NCBI RefSeq assembly: GCF_009914755.1
Contig: NC_060932.1
Strand: one strand, 5' to 3'
DNA length: 64,000 bases
Source: the human T2T-CHM13v2.0 reference genome, Homo sapiens
Positions 44,018-62,099 of the stretch are shown here, piece by piece. Under the pieces are notes generated by a model, which was not told the DNA's origin, searched no databases, and was given only the letters and a program-made list of their open reading frames with translations. The position numbers and the translations under genes are program-made. Numbering within the stretch: position 1 is the first letter of the stretch; every line of letters starts with the position of its first letter.

Positions 44018-45333
44018 TTTTTTAAAATGATTTCAACTTTTATTTTGGATTCAGGAGGTACATGTGTAGATTTGTTACCTGAGTATATTGCGTGATGCTG
44101 AGGTTTGGAATATTATTACTCCCGTCACTCAGATACTGAGCATACTGCCCAATAGTTAGTCTTTCAACCGTTGCCTCCCTCCCTCTCACCCACTACAGGA
44201 GTTCCCAGTGTCTTTTGTTCCCATTTTTACGTCCATGAGTTCTCCATATTTAACTGCCACTTGTAGGTGAGAAAGTGCAGTATTTGTTTTTCTGTTCCTG
44301 TGTTAATTCACTTAGAATAATGGTCACCAGCTGCATTCTTACTGCTGCAAAGGAAACCATTTCCTTCATTTTCTGTTTGCACAGTACTTCATGGTGTATA
44401 CGTACCACGTTTTCTTTATCCAATACACTGTTGATGGGCACCTAGGTTTATTCCATATCTTTGCTATTTTGAACAGCCCTACGATGAATGTATGAGTGTA
44501 TGCATCTTTTTGGAAGAATGATTTATTTCTCTTCGCGTATATACCCAGTAATGGGATTACTGGGTAGTTCTGTTTTAAGTGCTTTGAGAAATCTCCAAAC
44601 TGCTTTCCACAGTGTCTTGAACTAATTTACATTCCCAACGACGGTGTTTAAGCATTCCCCTTTCTCTGCAGCCTCTCCAGCATCTGCTTTTTTGACTTTT
44701 AAAAAATAGCCATTCTGAATGGTGTGAGATGGTATCGCACTGTGGTTTTGACTTGCATTTCCCTGATGATTAGTAATGTGGACTATTTTTTATGTTTGTT
44801 GGCTGTTTGTATGCCTTCTTTTGAGAAGTGTCTGTTCATGTGTTTTGCCAGCTTTTTAATGGAGTTATTTTTTTGATTGTTCAACTGCTTAAATTCCCTT
44901 AAGCAATATAGTTTCTGGCTATTAGGGCTTTGTTGGATACATAGTTTGTGAATATTTTCACCCAATCTACAGGCTGTCTCTTTACTCTATTGATAGTTTC
45001 TTTTGCTATACGGAAACTCTTTCATTTAATTAAGTCTCATTCGTCAATTTTTGTTTTTATTGAAATTGTTTTTGAGGACTTAGTCATAAATTCTTTCCAA
45101 ATGCCAATGTCCAGAATAGTGTTTCCTAGGTTTTCTTCTAGGATTCTTAAAGTTTGAGGTCTCACATTTAGATATTTACTCCATCTTGAGTTAATTTTTG
45201 TATATGGTGGAAGGTAGGGGTCCAGTTTCATTCTTCTGCATATGGCTAGCCATCTATCCCAATATCATTTATTGTATGGGGAGTCTTTTGCCCGTTGTTT
45301 ATTTTTGTTAGCTTTGTTGAAGATCAGATGGCT
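44018..45333 (-). mobile_element. 5'-truncated L1PA15/16-L1PB-like LINE-1
   Basis: Antisense 3'UTR and ORF2 ([17 protein letters not shown]); TSD GATACAGCTGAT (44006) / GATACAACTGAT (45334). Confidence 0.93.
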
Positions 45334-45345
45334 GATACAACTGAT

Positions 45346-45865
45346 ATGTATCATTAAGTTCCCCATCTTCCTCACTAACAAAATCCTGACTTTGTTCAGT
45401 TACCACAAGACCACAGGAAAGATAATCTTACCCACAGCTTGGGATAAATTATAATAAGTGTTGGTGGTGCTTGCCCTAGTTTCTTTGCTGTTTTTTGTTT
45501 TGGTTTGGGCGAGTAACCTATATGAGAGCAGCAGTCTTTTGGATGGGATTCCAAACATGATTTTTCTAGCTCTTGATAAGGAGACACTAAAGAGTTGTGC
45601 TTTTCCCCCTCTCTCTCACTTTCCCCAGGTATAATGAGTCTAGATCTAAATTCACGAGCTTCTTCAGACCTCTTGCAACAATGAAGGAAGACAAACAATC
45701 TGAGGACAAAGAGAAAACACTGAGGAAGATAAAGGAAAGAAAGGAAATAACCTGGTTCTTTGATGACTTTGTTCTTGATTGTAACTCACCTGCAGCCACC
45801 CCAGCTATAGACATTTGTTGTGACAGACAAGCATTTCCTTATTTTTAGAGCCAGTTTGAGATGGC
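45346..45865 (+). mobile_element. MLT1K/L-like LTR
   Basis: CTTCCTCACTAACAAAATCCTGACTTTGTTCAG, CCTGGTTCTTTGATGAC. Confidence 0.55.
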
Positions 45866-45978
45866 CAAAGGCATATATAAATGCAAATGTAAATTATAAT
45901 AAATTATAATGATATATGAAATGCAATGTATAATGTTATATTTATAATGCTATGATTAGATAGCAGAATTTTAGGGTT

Positions 45979-46467
45979 TGTATTAGTCAGGATTCTCCAG
46001 AGAAACAGAGTCAGTGGGCAGCACGGGGAGAGATAAGATTTATTAGGAAGAGTTGGCTCATATGATTATAAAGGCTGAGAAATCCCATGGTCTGCCATCT
46101 GCAAGCTGGAGACACAGGAAAGCGAGTAGCATAAATCAATCAGAGTCCAAAGGCCTGAGAACCAGTGCAGCTGATTGTGTAAATACTAGTGAGAGGACCT
46201 AAAAAGATGAGAGAAAATGTCCTAGCTCAAGCAGGCCGACCAGAAGCAAAAGGAGGGAATTTCTTCTTCCTCTCTCTTTTGTTCTATTCAGGCCCTCAAT
46301 AGATTTGATGATGCCCAGCCACAGTGGGGAGGGCAATCTACTTTACTGAGTCCACCAGTTGAAACGCCAGTCTCATCCAGAAGCATCCTCACAGACACAC
46401 CTGGAAATAATGCTTAATCTGGACACCCCATGGCTAGGCAAATTGACACATAAAATTAATCATAATA
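45979..46467 (-). mobile_element. MLT2B/D-like ERVL solo LTR
   Basis: TGTATTAGTCAGGATTCTCCAGAGAAACAGA ... TTGACACATAAAATTAATCA; TSD GGGTT/AGGTT. Confidence 0.92.
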
Positions 46468-46593
46468 AGGTTGAAACAGATCTGTCAATCTAAGGAAAAA
46501 TAAAATATTAACATAAAATGGGTACAGGTTGATGATTTTATTTTTCTGTGGCACAGAGCTACTTTACTAGCAACATTACCATAAAGAAATGCA

Positions 46594-46911
46594 GGCCAGG
46601 CACGGTGGCTCATGCCTGTAATCCCAGCACTTTGGGAGGTCAACGTGGGCAGATCCCTTGAGCCCAGGAGTTTGAGATCAGCCTGGGCAACATGGCAGTA
46701 CCCTGTCTCTACAAAAATACAAAAAAATTAGCAGGGCATGGTGGTGCATGCCTCTGGTCTCAACTACTCAAGAGGCTGAGGTGGGAGGATCGCTTAAGCC
46801 CCAGAGGCAGAGGTTGTAGTGAGCCCAGATTGCACCATGTCACTCCAGCATGGGTGAAGAGTAAGACTCTGTCTCAAAAATAAACTAAACTAAAATAAAA
46901 TAAAATAAGGA
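46594..46911 (+). mobile_element. AluJ (Jb-like), full length
   Basis: CTTGAGCCCAGGAGTTTGAG, GGGAGGATCGCTT; TSD AAAGAAATGCA / AAGGAAATGCA. Confidence 0.94.
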
Positions 46912-47059
46912 AAAGGAAATGCAAGTGGTTGAAGCGGTTAATGATTCCATAAGATTCTTGATGAGATAATATTTGAAATGCCTAGGTTTCTTCTAAAGCT
47001 TTCCAGAAGCACATTTTAAACTTGAACACAACTAGAAGAAAAAAAAAGAAATAGAGAAA

Positions 47060-48144
47060 ATTTGGGGATATAAATCTCTAGTCAGGCCAGAAGGAGAGAG
47101 TGTATGGACTAAGCAAATTTACTGGCCCACCTTTAAGAACATTTTTCTTAATGTTGCTGAAACTCTCAAGTCTTGGGAAAGTGCCCTACATCAATAAACT
47201 CCCAACTAACTTTATATTCCACCTCTTCTCTGGTCCAACACCCTGGAGATCCACTCCCACACGTGTTGCCCTGGTTCCTCCCAGTACATATTTGCTGGAT
47301 CTTCAATTCTTTCAGTGAAGGGGTGACTTCATCTCATATCAGAGACAGTGTTTTTGCTTTTGGCCTAAGCTGAGACCTGACCCTATTTATTGGCCTGTAT
47401 GCAATGAGGGAAGGTGGAGCCAGTTCTGGAGAAGGACATACATTGTCTTATAAGGACCTTGAATGAGGTCCTTGCAAGGTGTCCTGACATGGCTAAGCTG
47501 GTTTTCTGCAGCAAGAGAGAAGGGAGTGCTTCCGCTAGCCAGGTCATCAAGGAGATATGTGGTTTCACAGTATTCAGGCACAATCACATAAGCTTACCAA
47601 TTCTCAGGATCCTATTCTTTCTCTATCAATACTCCAACTTTAGAACAGGAGGCCTGTCAGCTTTGTATGTAGTATCCATTGCAGCTCTGCCACTCTTTCA
47701 GTTAATCCCTGGGCCAGATATTTTGCATGAAACAACTAATGCTGTGAAAGATGAGTCTTTAAATGCTATAAAGGAGGCCTCTGGCATTCACAACATGTCC
47801 TGAGTTGATGGTTGACATATCCCAGCCTAACACTTTTTTTCTGAAAGGATTCCAAGACAGATAGGAAAAAACTTGCCAATAAACAATCTGTATAATTTCT
47901 ATTGCCTTCATCCTGTCCATGTACTTAGAGGTACTGAATAACCCAGCGCTTGTTCTTCTCTCTGTACTTTATCCCAGTCCATTTGATGTCAGGTAATTAG
48001 TAACTGTGAGGCTACATACATCATGCCAGAATCCTTGCTACCCCACTCTTCAGCACTGCCATCTTTGCCATCTGATGTCAGTGATCCAAATTCAGAATTC
48101 AATCCCAGAGTTCTACTTTCTATGATAACTTCTGGCCCCAAATT
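47060..48144 (-). mobile_element. Ancient ERVL internal remnant (ERV3-16A3-like gag region)
   Basis: Adjacent to the LTR33-like 3' end; begins on - strand with PBS-like TTTGGGGCCAGAAGT; CTGGCATGATG...CACAGTTACTAA...CTGGGATAAAGTACAG resembles ERVL gag start. Confidence 0.5.
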
Positions 48145-48970
48145 TGTATGAATTTCCCCCACAGCAGAGTCTGAGACAGTTAATTGGGTAAGGGTTATTT
48201 ATTTTGGACATAATTCTAGGAAGCAGGAATGAGGGGACAAAAGAGCCAATACAAGGGGCATTATGTAGGTTGCTGCTGAGGGGAATGGGGATTGGATTAT
48301 GTTAACACCTCCTAAACACAGTACAGAATGTCTCCCTGAATTTTTCTCCCAAAGGAAAGCAGGTAGGGGCAACGGTCCACCAGCACTTGTGTAACATTCT
48401 TAAGGACTTCTCCTGCAGATGTGAGTCCCCTGTAATCCTGTACTTGTATGTGGGCAAAGAGGATTCCTGAAACTTCAGAGAAGGTAGAGAGATGCATAGC
48501 ACTCTTGAGACCAAACACTGTCAATGCAAAGTGACAATTGTAGATAAAATGTGAAAAGAGCAGAGGGAGTGTGACATGGTACTGTATTAGTCTGTTCTCA
48601 TGCTGCTAATAAAGACATATCCAAGACTAGGTAATTTATAAAAGGAAGAGGTTTAATTGACTCACTGTTCCACATGGCTGGGGAGGCCTCACAATCAGAG
48701 TGGAAGGTGAATGAGGAGCAAAGTCACGTCTTACATGGAGGCAGGAAAGAGAGAGCATGTGCAGGGGAACTCCCCTTAATAAAACCATCAGATCTCATAA
48801 GACTTATTCACTATCACTAGAACAGCATTGGAAAGACCCACCTCCATGATTCAATTACCTTCCACTGGGTACCTCCCAGTGTGGGAATTATGGGAGCTAC
48901 AATTCAAGATGAGATTTGGGTGGGGACACAGTCAAACTATATCAGGTACCCAAGGATCAGCTGTAACTGA
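48145..48970 (-). mobile_element. LTR33-like ERVL LTR, split by THE1
   Basis: AGCAGAGTCTGAGACA...TATTTATTTTGG...AGGAAGCAG, GAGCCAATACAAGG, CAGTACAGAATG. Confidence 0.7.
48583..48944 (-). mobile_element. THE1B/C MaLR solo LTR
   Basis: TGTATTAGTCTGTTCTCATGCTGCTAATAAAGACAT ... GAGATTTGGGTGGGGACACAG...ATATCA; perfect 5-bp TSD GGTAC. Confidence 0.96.
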
Positions 48971-49196
48971 TATCTATAGGTGACTGCTACAGATTAATAG
49001 ATGTATAACACAGCAACGGCTGATTATCTGTTTTTGTGGATTGTTGGCTATTGAAGCTCAAAGTATTCAATTTGAGTACGCTAATAAAATATCTAAAGAG
49101 AAAGCTCTCATTAATGCAAATGTGTAAATCAAAACATACTAAACTGAGGCACATCATTCACTTTTTTCTCACAATATTTTTCCCATATAAATTTCC

Positions 49197-49499
49197 TGTC
49201 TTAGTCAATTTGTGTTGCTATAACAAAATACCACAGACTAGGTAATTTATAAGCAATAGACATTTATTGCACATGGTTTTGAAGACTGCAGACTCCAAGA
49301 TCAAGGCACTGGCAGGAACAGAAAGGCAAGAGAGGAAAACTCAACCAGTTCCCTGCAGCACTTTTATAAGGCACTAATCCATTCATGAGGGCACAGCCCT
49401 CATGACATAATCCTTTCCCCAAAGTGCCGCCTCTTATTACCACCATGATAGAGACTGAGTTTGAATACATGAATTTTGGGGGACATTCAGACCATAACA
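49197..49499 (-). mobile_element. MSTD/MLT1A-like MaLR LTR
   Basis: TGTCTTAGTC...GCTATAACAAAATACCACAGACT ... GGGGGACATTCAGACCATAACA. Confidence 0.88.
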
Positions 49500-49565
49500 T
49501 CTTTATTTCATTACTTTTGTAATCTCAATCATGATTATTTCAACTTAGGAACACTGCAATAACAT

Positions 49566-49665
49566 TTCTTTTTAAACTTTTTATTTTGAAATAATTGCAG
49601 ATGCAAAGGAAGTTGTAAAACAGTGTTGTTCTATGTACTCCTCCCCCGGCTTCCCCCAATGCCAT
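49566..49665 (-). mobile_element. Short old L1M 3' end fragment
   Basis: TTTTTATTTTGAAATAATTGCAGA...GGAAGTTGTAAAA...GCTTCCCCCAATG. Confidence 0.6.
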
Positions 49666-51879
49666 ACAATTTTAATTCTATCTCCATTTCAACTTTCCAA
49701 CATGCACATATAGAGCTACCAGATTAATCTTTCAAAAGCCTACATTTAATCATGTCACTCTTAACCGATATACAATTTCTTCACGTAACCTGTTGTTCTG
49801 CATTTAAGACTACTTCTTCACCAATTCTATAGGTTTAGCTCCTCTTTTGGTTTCACCCATTCATCAAATATTTATTAAAACCTTATGGGGTGTTTGAAAT
49901 ACAGCAGTAAGCAAGACTGGCAATAAAGTGTTTCTTCTAGTTGGATTGGAAGACGTATTTTTTAGCACTGTGTGGGACACAGCATCACCTTAACACCCAG
50001 CTGCTTCAATCTCTCAGAAAGCACAGCTGGCAATCAGTACCTGACCATGGCCCTGCACGGTTGGACTCACACTCAACTGCTAGTGAGTAAGAAGAACAAA
50101 AATCTTATAATCTGCAGAGCCTCTGCATCTTAGAGCTATAGAAAAACAATAGAGAATAACTGAAAGGGATATAATAGTTTCCAACTTCTGACTAATGGTT
50201 TACTCTGTGATTACAATTTGAATGCTAGCTCAGCAGGGTGATTCATTTGAGAAAGCTCTGCCCTGATACCTTGCTCTTCCCTGGGTGGCCCTTCATCCTT
50301 AAAATCTCTGTGTTCCAAGAGTAAACTCTTTTTGTGCATTTGTTGGCAGAAAAAGGAAATTTCAGGGTAGACAAAGTGCCCAGAAGGAAATCTCTAAAGA
50401 GGCTTTTGTTTTTGAAGGGCTTAGACTTACATAAGTGATTAAACTAAGCTTATCTAAATGCAGACATTTAGTGTGGGGAGGGATGCTGAAAGGATGGCAT
50501 TGGAGCCTCCCTAACTGGGAGGAGGATAACAGATTTTCCAATATCACAGTGAGTTGTACCTGCCCAAACAGTTCCTCTGAAGGGCTGGGTTCTGGATGGG
50601 GATGCCTGCTTGGTGGCTTGTGAATACTGAACACTGAGCTCTGTAGCTTTGCCCTGGCACCTCCTGTATTCAAACTTGGCCCACTGGAGAAAGCTTCCAG
50701 TATTGTTGCTGGCATTGGCTGGACTACAAGGATTCAAACAGGGATCTTAACACTGGCAACCAGAACCTGTCCTATTTCTCAGTATGTTTTAAAATACGAG
50801 GCAAATCCTAGGGTTCTTATATAATAAAAGAAGTGGGAACAGAGCTTTGAGAACTGTCTAGTACTGAAAATTTCACCAACTTAGATATTTGGAGACTTTG
50901 GCCAATATTTTTAAAAAATGATATTATCTGTAGTCAAAGTGCCATGGAGCAATATATTTCTGTTACATAATAGCTTTAAAGGGGATTAATTTAACCAAAA
51001 ATTTCTCAGTGCTGTAGAGGTATCTGGCTCCATACATTCATTTTCATTCTATTTTAATAAAATAAAGCCAGCCAAATAAATCGCTCTCTCGTTGATATTA
51101 AGCTCCTTTCCCATTCATATGTCGGAAAACCAATATTGCCTGGTAGAATGCAATGCATTGACTTATGAAGTGTTAGCATACTTTGCTGCAAAGAAATTCT
51201 TATCGTGTGAATTCTGGCATTTGAAGTAACTAAGACACATAGTATAATCGCTTGAAGCCGAAGAAGGCAAATCTTTTCTGCAGCTGGCTTGTGGGAAGTG
51301 GACTACAGCAGACTACAACATGCTATTATTTCTCTTATTTTAAAAACAGCCACAACAATTTTCTCTTTCTACTCTACCTTGTGCTGTTTTGCTCCTTTGC
51401 TTTATACAGAAGCAACTCAAGAAAACTGTCTGTCATTCGTGTCTTTTCTAACTCTCATGCCCACATCACTATAACCAAATTCCTCCTATCAACGTCATAG
51501 ATTTCGTTTTTGCTAAAGCAAATAACCAGTTCACTATCCCTATCTTTCTTTTTTTTTTTCTTTTTTTTATTATTATTATACTTTAAGTTTTAGGGTACAT
51601 GTGCACAATGTGCAGGTTTGTTACATATCAAAACGTGTGCCATGTTGGTGTGCTGCACCCATTAACTCGTCATTTAGCATTAGGTATATCTCCCAGTGCT
51701 ATCTCTCCCCCCTCCCCCCACCCCACAACAGTCCCTGGTGTGTGATGTTCCCCTTCCTGTGTCCAGGTGTTCTCATCGTTCAATTCCCACCTATGACTGA
51801 GAACATGTGGTGTTTGGTTTTTTGTCCTTGCGATAGTTTGCTGAGAATGATGGTTTCCAGCTTCATCCATGTCCCTACA

Positions 51880-55859
<3,980 letters not shown>

Positions 55860-56875
55860 ATGGGGAATAAACAGAGCAGAAAACCCAGAAACTCTAAAAA
55901 TCAGAGTGCCTCTCCTCCTCCAAAGGAACGCAGCTCCTCACCAGCAACAGAACAAAGCTGGATGGAGAATGACTTTGACGAGTTGAGAGAGGAAGGCTTC
56001 AGAAGATCAAACTACTCCGAGCTAAAGGAGGAAGTTCGAACTGATGGCAAAGAAACTGAAAACTTTGAAAAAAAAGTAGATGAATGGATAACTAGAATAA
56101 CCAATGCAGAGAAGTCCTTAAAGGACCTGATGGAGCTAAAAACCATGGCACGAGGACTACGTGACAAATGCAGAAGCCTCAGTAACCAATGCAATCAACT
56201 GGAAGAAAGGGTATCAGCAATGGAAGACAAAATGAATGAAATGAAGCGTGAAGAGAAATTTAGAGAAAAAAGAATAAAAAGAAATGAACAAAGCCTCCAA
56301 TAAATATGGGACTATGCGAAAAGACCAAATCTTCGTCTAACTGGTGTACCTGAAAGTGATGGGGAGAACGGAACCAAGTTGGAAAACACTCTGCAGATAT
56401 TATCCAGGAGAACTTCCCCAATCTAGCAAGGCAGGCCAACATTCAAATTCAGGAAATACAGAGAATGACACAAAGATACTCCTTGAGAAGAGCAACTCCA
56501 AGACACATAATTGTCAGATTCACCAAAGTTGAAATGAAGGAAAAAGTGTTAAGGGCAGCCAGAGAGAAAGGTCAGGTTACCCACAAAGGGAAGCCCATCA
56601 GACTAACAGCGGATCTCTCGGCAGAAACTCTACAAGCCAGAAGAGAGTGGGGGCCAATATTCAACATTCTTAAAGAAAAGAATTTTCAACCCAGAATTTC
56701 ATATCCAGCCAAACTAAGCTTCATAAGTGAAGGAGAAATAAAATACTTTACAGACAAGCAAATGCGGAGAGATTTTGTCACCACCAGGCCTGCCCTAGAA
56801 GAGCTCCTGAAGGAAGCACTAAACATGGAAAGAAACAACCAGTACCACCTGCTGCAAAAACATGCCAAACTGTAA
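55860..56875 (+). pseudogene. ORF1: L1 ORF1p, disrupted
   Basis: MGNKQSRK...EQSLQ* (stop 56301-56303), frameshift near 56397, resumes RATPRHIIVRF...YPAKLS...HAKL*. Confidence 0.95.
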
Positions 56876-56938
56876 AGACCATCAAGGCTAGGAAGAAACT
56901 GCATCAACTAATGAGCAAAATAACCAGCTAACATCATA

Positions 56939-57666
56939 ATGACAGGATCAAATTCACACATAACAATACTAACCTTAAATGTAAATGGGCTAAATGCTCC
57001 AATTAAAAGGCACAGACTGGCAAATTGGATAGAGTCAAGACCCATCAGTGTGCGGTATTCAGGAAATCCATCTCACGTGCAGAGACACACATAGGCACAA
57101 AACAAAGTGATGGAGGAAGATCTACCAAGCAAGTGGAAAACAAAAAAGGCAGGGGTTGCAATCCTAGTCTCTGATAAAACAGACTTTAAACCAACAAAGA
57201 TCAAAAGAGACAAAGAAGGCCCTTACATAATGGTAAAGGGATCAATTCAACAAGAAGAACTAACTATCCTAAATATATATCCACCCAATACGGGAGCACC
57301 CAGATTCATAAAGCAAGTCCTTAGTGACCTACAAAGAGACTTAGACTCCCACACAATAATAATGGGAGACTTTAACACCCCACTGTCAACATTACACAGA
57401 TCAACGAGACAGAAAGTTAACAAGGTATCCAGGAATTGAACTCAGCTCTGCACCAAGCGGACCTAAAAGACATCTACAGAACTCTCCACCCCAAATCAAC
57501 AGAATATACATTCTTTTCAGCACCACACCACACCTATTCCAAAATTGACCACATAGTTGGAAGTAAAGCTCTCCTCAGCAAATGTAAAAGAACAGAAATG
57601 ATAAAAAACTGTCTCTCAGACCACAGTGCAATCAAAGTAGAACTCAGGATTAAGAAACTCACTCAA
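56939..57666 (+). pseudogene. ORF2: L1 ORF2 endonuclease domain only, frameshifted
   Basis: ATGACAGGATCAAATTCA start; GVAIL, MGDFNTPL, YSKIDH, SDHSAIKVELRIKKLTQ then flanking DNA. Confidence 0.93.
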
Positions 57667-57681
57667 ATCCCTATCTTTCTT

Positions 57682-58065
57682 AACTATCAGCAGCATTTAA
57701 TTCAGATAGTCCCCACTCCTCCCTCTCTCCTCTACTTGACAGACTATCTTCAGTTGAATTTCAGACCCCACCCTTACCTGGTTTTTCTCTTGCTTCTCTG
57801 AAACTCCTGTTCAATCTCTGCTGCTACTTTCTCAACACCTAGCCTCTAAATGTTGGAAAGCCCAGGTCTCAGTCCTGGGTCCTTTTCTTGTTTCTACCTA
57901 CACATGCTTCCTTAGTGATCTCATGCAGTATTATGGTTTTAAATATCATTAAAATGCTGATGATTCCTAATTCTGTCTTCACTCTGGGCCTCTCTCTTGA
58001 ACTCAAGGTTTTAAGTCCTATTGCCTTCTCAATATCTCCACTGGGATGCCCATTAAGCATCATAA
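57682..58065 (+). mobile_element. L2 fragment (continuation of ~51400-51550; target of the L1PA)
   Basis: TCAGCAGCATTT, CCTCTAAATGTTGGA, CAGTCCTGGGTCC, ATCTCCACTGGGATG. Confidence 0.75.
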
Positions 58066-58206
58066 ATAATGATGGATTTATTAAAGAAGAAATGAACAAA
58101 CATCTGTATTGTATGAAGAATCCCAAGTCACAGTCCATGTGGGATATTACAGTTTGTGTGTTGCACAGTTTATTACAAATTTGTTTCCTCCCTTCTCCTC
58201 TGACTT

Positions 58207-58324
58207 TTTTTTTTTTTTTCTTTTTGATACGGAGTCTCGCTCTGTCGCCCAGGCTGGAGTGCAGTGGCGCAGTCTTGGCTCACTGCAAGCTCCGCCTCCC
58301 GGGTTCACGCCATTCTCCTGCCTC
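58207..58324 (-). mobile_element. Severely 5'-truncated AluY (3' part of right arm)
   Basis: GCAAGCTCCGCCTCCCGGGTTCACGCCATTCTCC; TSD CCTCTGACTT at 58197-58206 and 58321-58330. Confidence 0.93.
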
Positions 58325-58484
58325 TGACTTCTAAATAGATGTAGTGGTGACAACAAAGTAAATGCTCAGTAAACTGTGGGATTTAAGTTTTGGATAACGA
58401 AGCATTTAATCAGTAAATCAGAAACTTTAGCAAATACTCCAAGTAAGGAAATTTGATTTAGTAACACTTAAGGGAGGATAAAGA

Positions 58485-59210
<726 letters not shown>

Positions 59211-60886
59211 TCACGTGTCTGTAAGGCACAGTGCCTGCTACACAATTCTCAAATGCTGTTAGGCTTTGACTGGTTCCCCTCTCTCTCAACCCTATGCATA
59301 GTGGAACAGGGAGATCTTTGCAAAAGTATCCAGTGCATCTGCAAAAGTATAAAAGATATGTGATTTTTGTTTCATTTACATACTAGATTCTCTTTCTTAT
59401 TCTGTATCCAAAAAAAATTGTTTATCTAGGTAAGAATGGGAACACAAAACGATAGCCAAGCCATCTTAATGGGAGCATCAATCAAAACAGTGTGATATTG
59501 TCTGTGGATACACGATGCTGTGGATGAGTATGAACAGAGAAAGGCAGGCTCATTTCAGTTTCTGTGAAAAGCTTAGCAAAAGGTGTTTTCTTGAGGGTAG
59601 AACCTTTGTCATACTGTGTTCATGTCCACATATGTGGCACCTGGCTGTGGATTTGAACAGGTTCTTCTCTTCCTTTCTCCTCTGAAGAACAATTTAAATC
59701 AACCTAAATCAGACTATTTCAACATATCTTTCCCTCTTCTTACACAAAGCATCCTATTTTCATATCATTTAATTCTGAGGTGCATGCTCTGGCAATTGCT
59801 CTTCCAATGTTTAAATCTCATTGCACAGCAAGGCACTGTTTGTTGGTCACTTTGGAGTGTTTGAAGATTACGGCTAAAAAAAACACAATTTTCTATGTTA
59901 TGTGGCTGAAAAGAAAAGCGTCCTTATCTTTCTGGGAAATTCATTTTCTTAGACAAAGCATCCAACAGAGGGATAAAGGTACAGAGTTGCTTGACAGGCA
60001 GTGAGGTTGGTGAAATCACACAAAGCAATCAGTGAATGGAAACATGATCCAGCCCAATAATCCAGTTTCCCGTATTCATAAAGATTGTTAGAAGAGATTG
60101 TCTATCCTAGAGAAGGTGGGCTAATTGAAGTGAGTTGAACTAGTTATTTCTATATAAAGCTATTGTTTCTTAAATTCCTGACCTGGCTGTTGCAGATGGT
60201 TTTGGGGAGTTCTTTAGTTCTTTCATTTCTTACTTTATCTTGTACCTGAATAAAACAGCCTGCGTATGAATTCTTTGTAGTACTTTGTGCTGCAGGGTTT
60301 CAAAAAGCCATAATGAAGCACATTGCTACTAAAATTCTCTTCACATATCATCTTTTGAGTTATTATGTTAAAAAAGCTCTCAGTAGCCTATAGTCAAAAT
60401 TATTAAAATCCTCTCCATTGTAGAGGTTAAGAAAGTGATAATTAAGACTCTCTGGTAGACCCCTAAATGATAAACAGCATTTTACAACAAATAGGAGGTC
60501 AATGTATATTTTAGAGAGTTAACATTGACCATATTGAGTTTACCTAGGCCCTCCAGGCTATATTTTATAATCAACTCCCACTCCCAAATAACAACAAGAA
60601 ATTTTTTCTTATGTATATGTGTTTTTATGATGAAACCATTGGTTTTATGTACAACTCCTACTGCTTGATTAATACGATTTATTTCATTCAACTTGATAGA
60701 TTATATTAACAAGGGATGGAGCAGGGGATTGTGTATAGTGCCTGGGCAATAAATCTAGGAACTATTTAAGTTCTATACCCCATGATTAGTAACATTTACC
60801 AATGACGCTTAGCTTGCTATGTAAAACACTATAGCATTTTACTTTCATTTGCACACGGGTAAAATGTACAAGAAATCATAGAACTA

Positions 60887-61610
60887 TAGAGATGGAGGGA
60901 AAGCCTCTCATCTACCCTCTCTGAAGTTTCACTGAAATGAATGACAATTGACAGATTAAGAGGAGAAAGGGTATACAAATTTATTAACATTCATAAGCAT
61001 AGAAACTATATAAAATATGAGACTCAGAGCAAAGCTAGATGGTTGAGGCTTATATGCCCTCTTCATGAGGGAGAGGAAGATGGCAGAAATATAGCCAATT
61101 TGAAGGATTGTAAATAATTTTAGGGGAACTTAAATAGCCCAAAGAACAGACAGTTGGCTTGGGACAAGTTTCCTCTGAGCTCTGGGGGAGATGGTGGCAA
61201 ACTGCAAGAAGGTGTGGGGCGGAACTTCACCGTGAGCAAGGTTGTCTTATAATGCCGATAATCTTCCAAGTAATCTCTAGGAGCTACGCTCAGGATAATA
61301 AATGAAAGGTCGTCTGGGTGTACTGACGATTTTTAGTGATTAGTCTTTTCTGGTTATTAGATGAAGTTCCTAAGAAGGGACTATTAAGACAATTGCATTT
61401 CTAATGTTGGAACTTTCCTTCATTAGATAAGGAAATTTCCTCTTAGTGCTCAGGAAAGAAAGAGGATCAGAGGGGCAGGAGTGCAGGAGAAGGTTAGAGA
61501 GAGACCTTAGTTCTGAGACTTATTTTTGAGGCCTTTCAACTTCCTTTAATTCAAAGCAAGAAGAATGCCAAAGTGTCATATTTTGGAATATTATTTTCTG
61601 AGCCCCAACA
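60887..61610 (-). mobile_element. MER31/MER67-like ERV1 LTR
   Basis: GACAGATTAAGAGGAGAAAGGGTATACAAATTTATTAAC ... ATGCCAAAGTGTCATATTTTGG...TTTTCTGAGCCCCAACA. Confidence 0.82.
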
Positions 61611-62099
61611 AAGCTTAAATAAGAAGAATACAACAAATCAGGTACAGAAATTATTAAGATAATCACACAGTTCCAGGCTTCCTCCTCATTCTGCCTGCTC
61701 AAAGAGTTATGGCTTTGTCTGGTCCTATTTCCTATTGTTTCCTACCTTTCACAGAAAAAGTTGTCAGTATTTTAAACTCTTGTGAGCTAGAATTTGAAGA
61801 AGCTGGGGGGTATGGAGGAGCAATACAAAGACAAAAATTCCTGAGGGCAGGATTGAGAAATGCCCTCAAATTCCACCTTTCCTGGTTTAGATTCCATGAT
61901 CCATCACCCTTCGTTCCTTAGAATCTCTCCATGGTACTGGTTTGACCAAACTCAACTGTAATGAATCCAATCTGTGCACATACTCCCTAAAATGCAACTG
62001 TGAACAAAGAAAAATATAGTCATGTTTACCTACCTTATTTTAAGTGTTTATAACTAATCTCCACTTGTGCCTTAACACTGCCCTTCAATCATTGACTTC

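Noticed and set aside
47414-47803. 129-aa ORF
   Set aside because: GTG start, no recognisable domain, antisense to a probable ERVL remnant
50362-50737. Overlapping 117/89/62-aa ORFs in a GC-richer patch
   Set aside because: No recognisable homology or splice context; possibly an old repeat I cannot name
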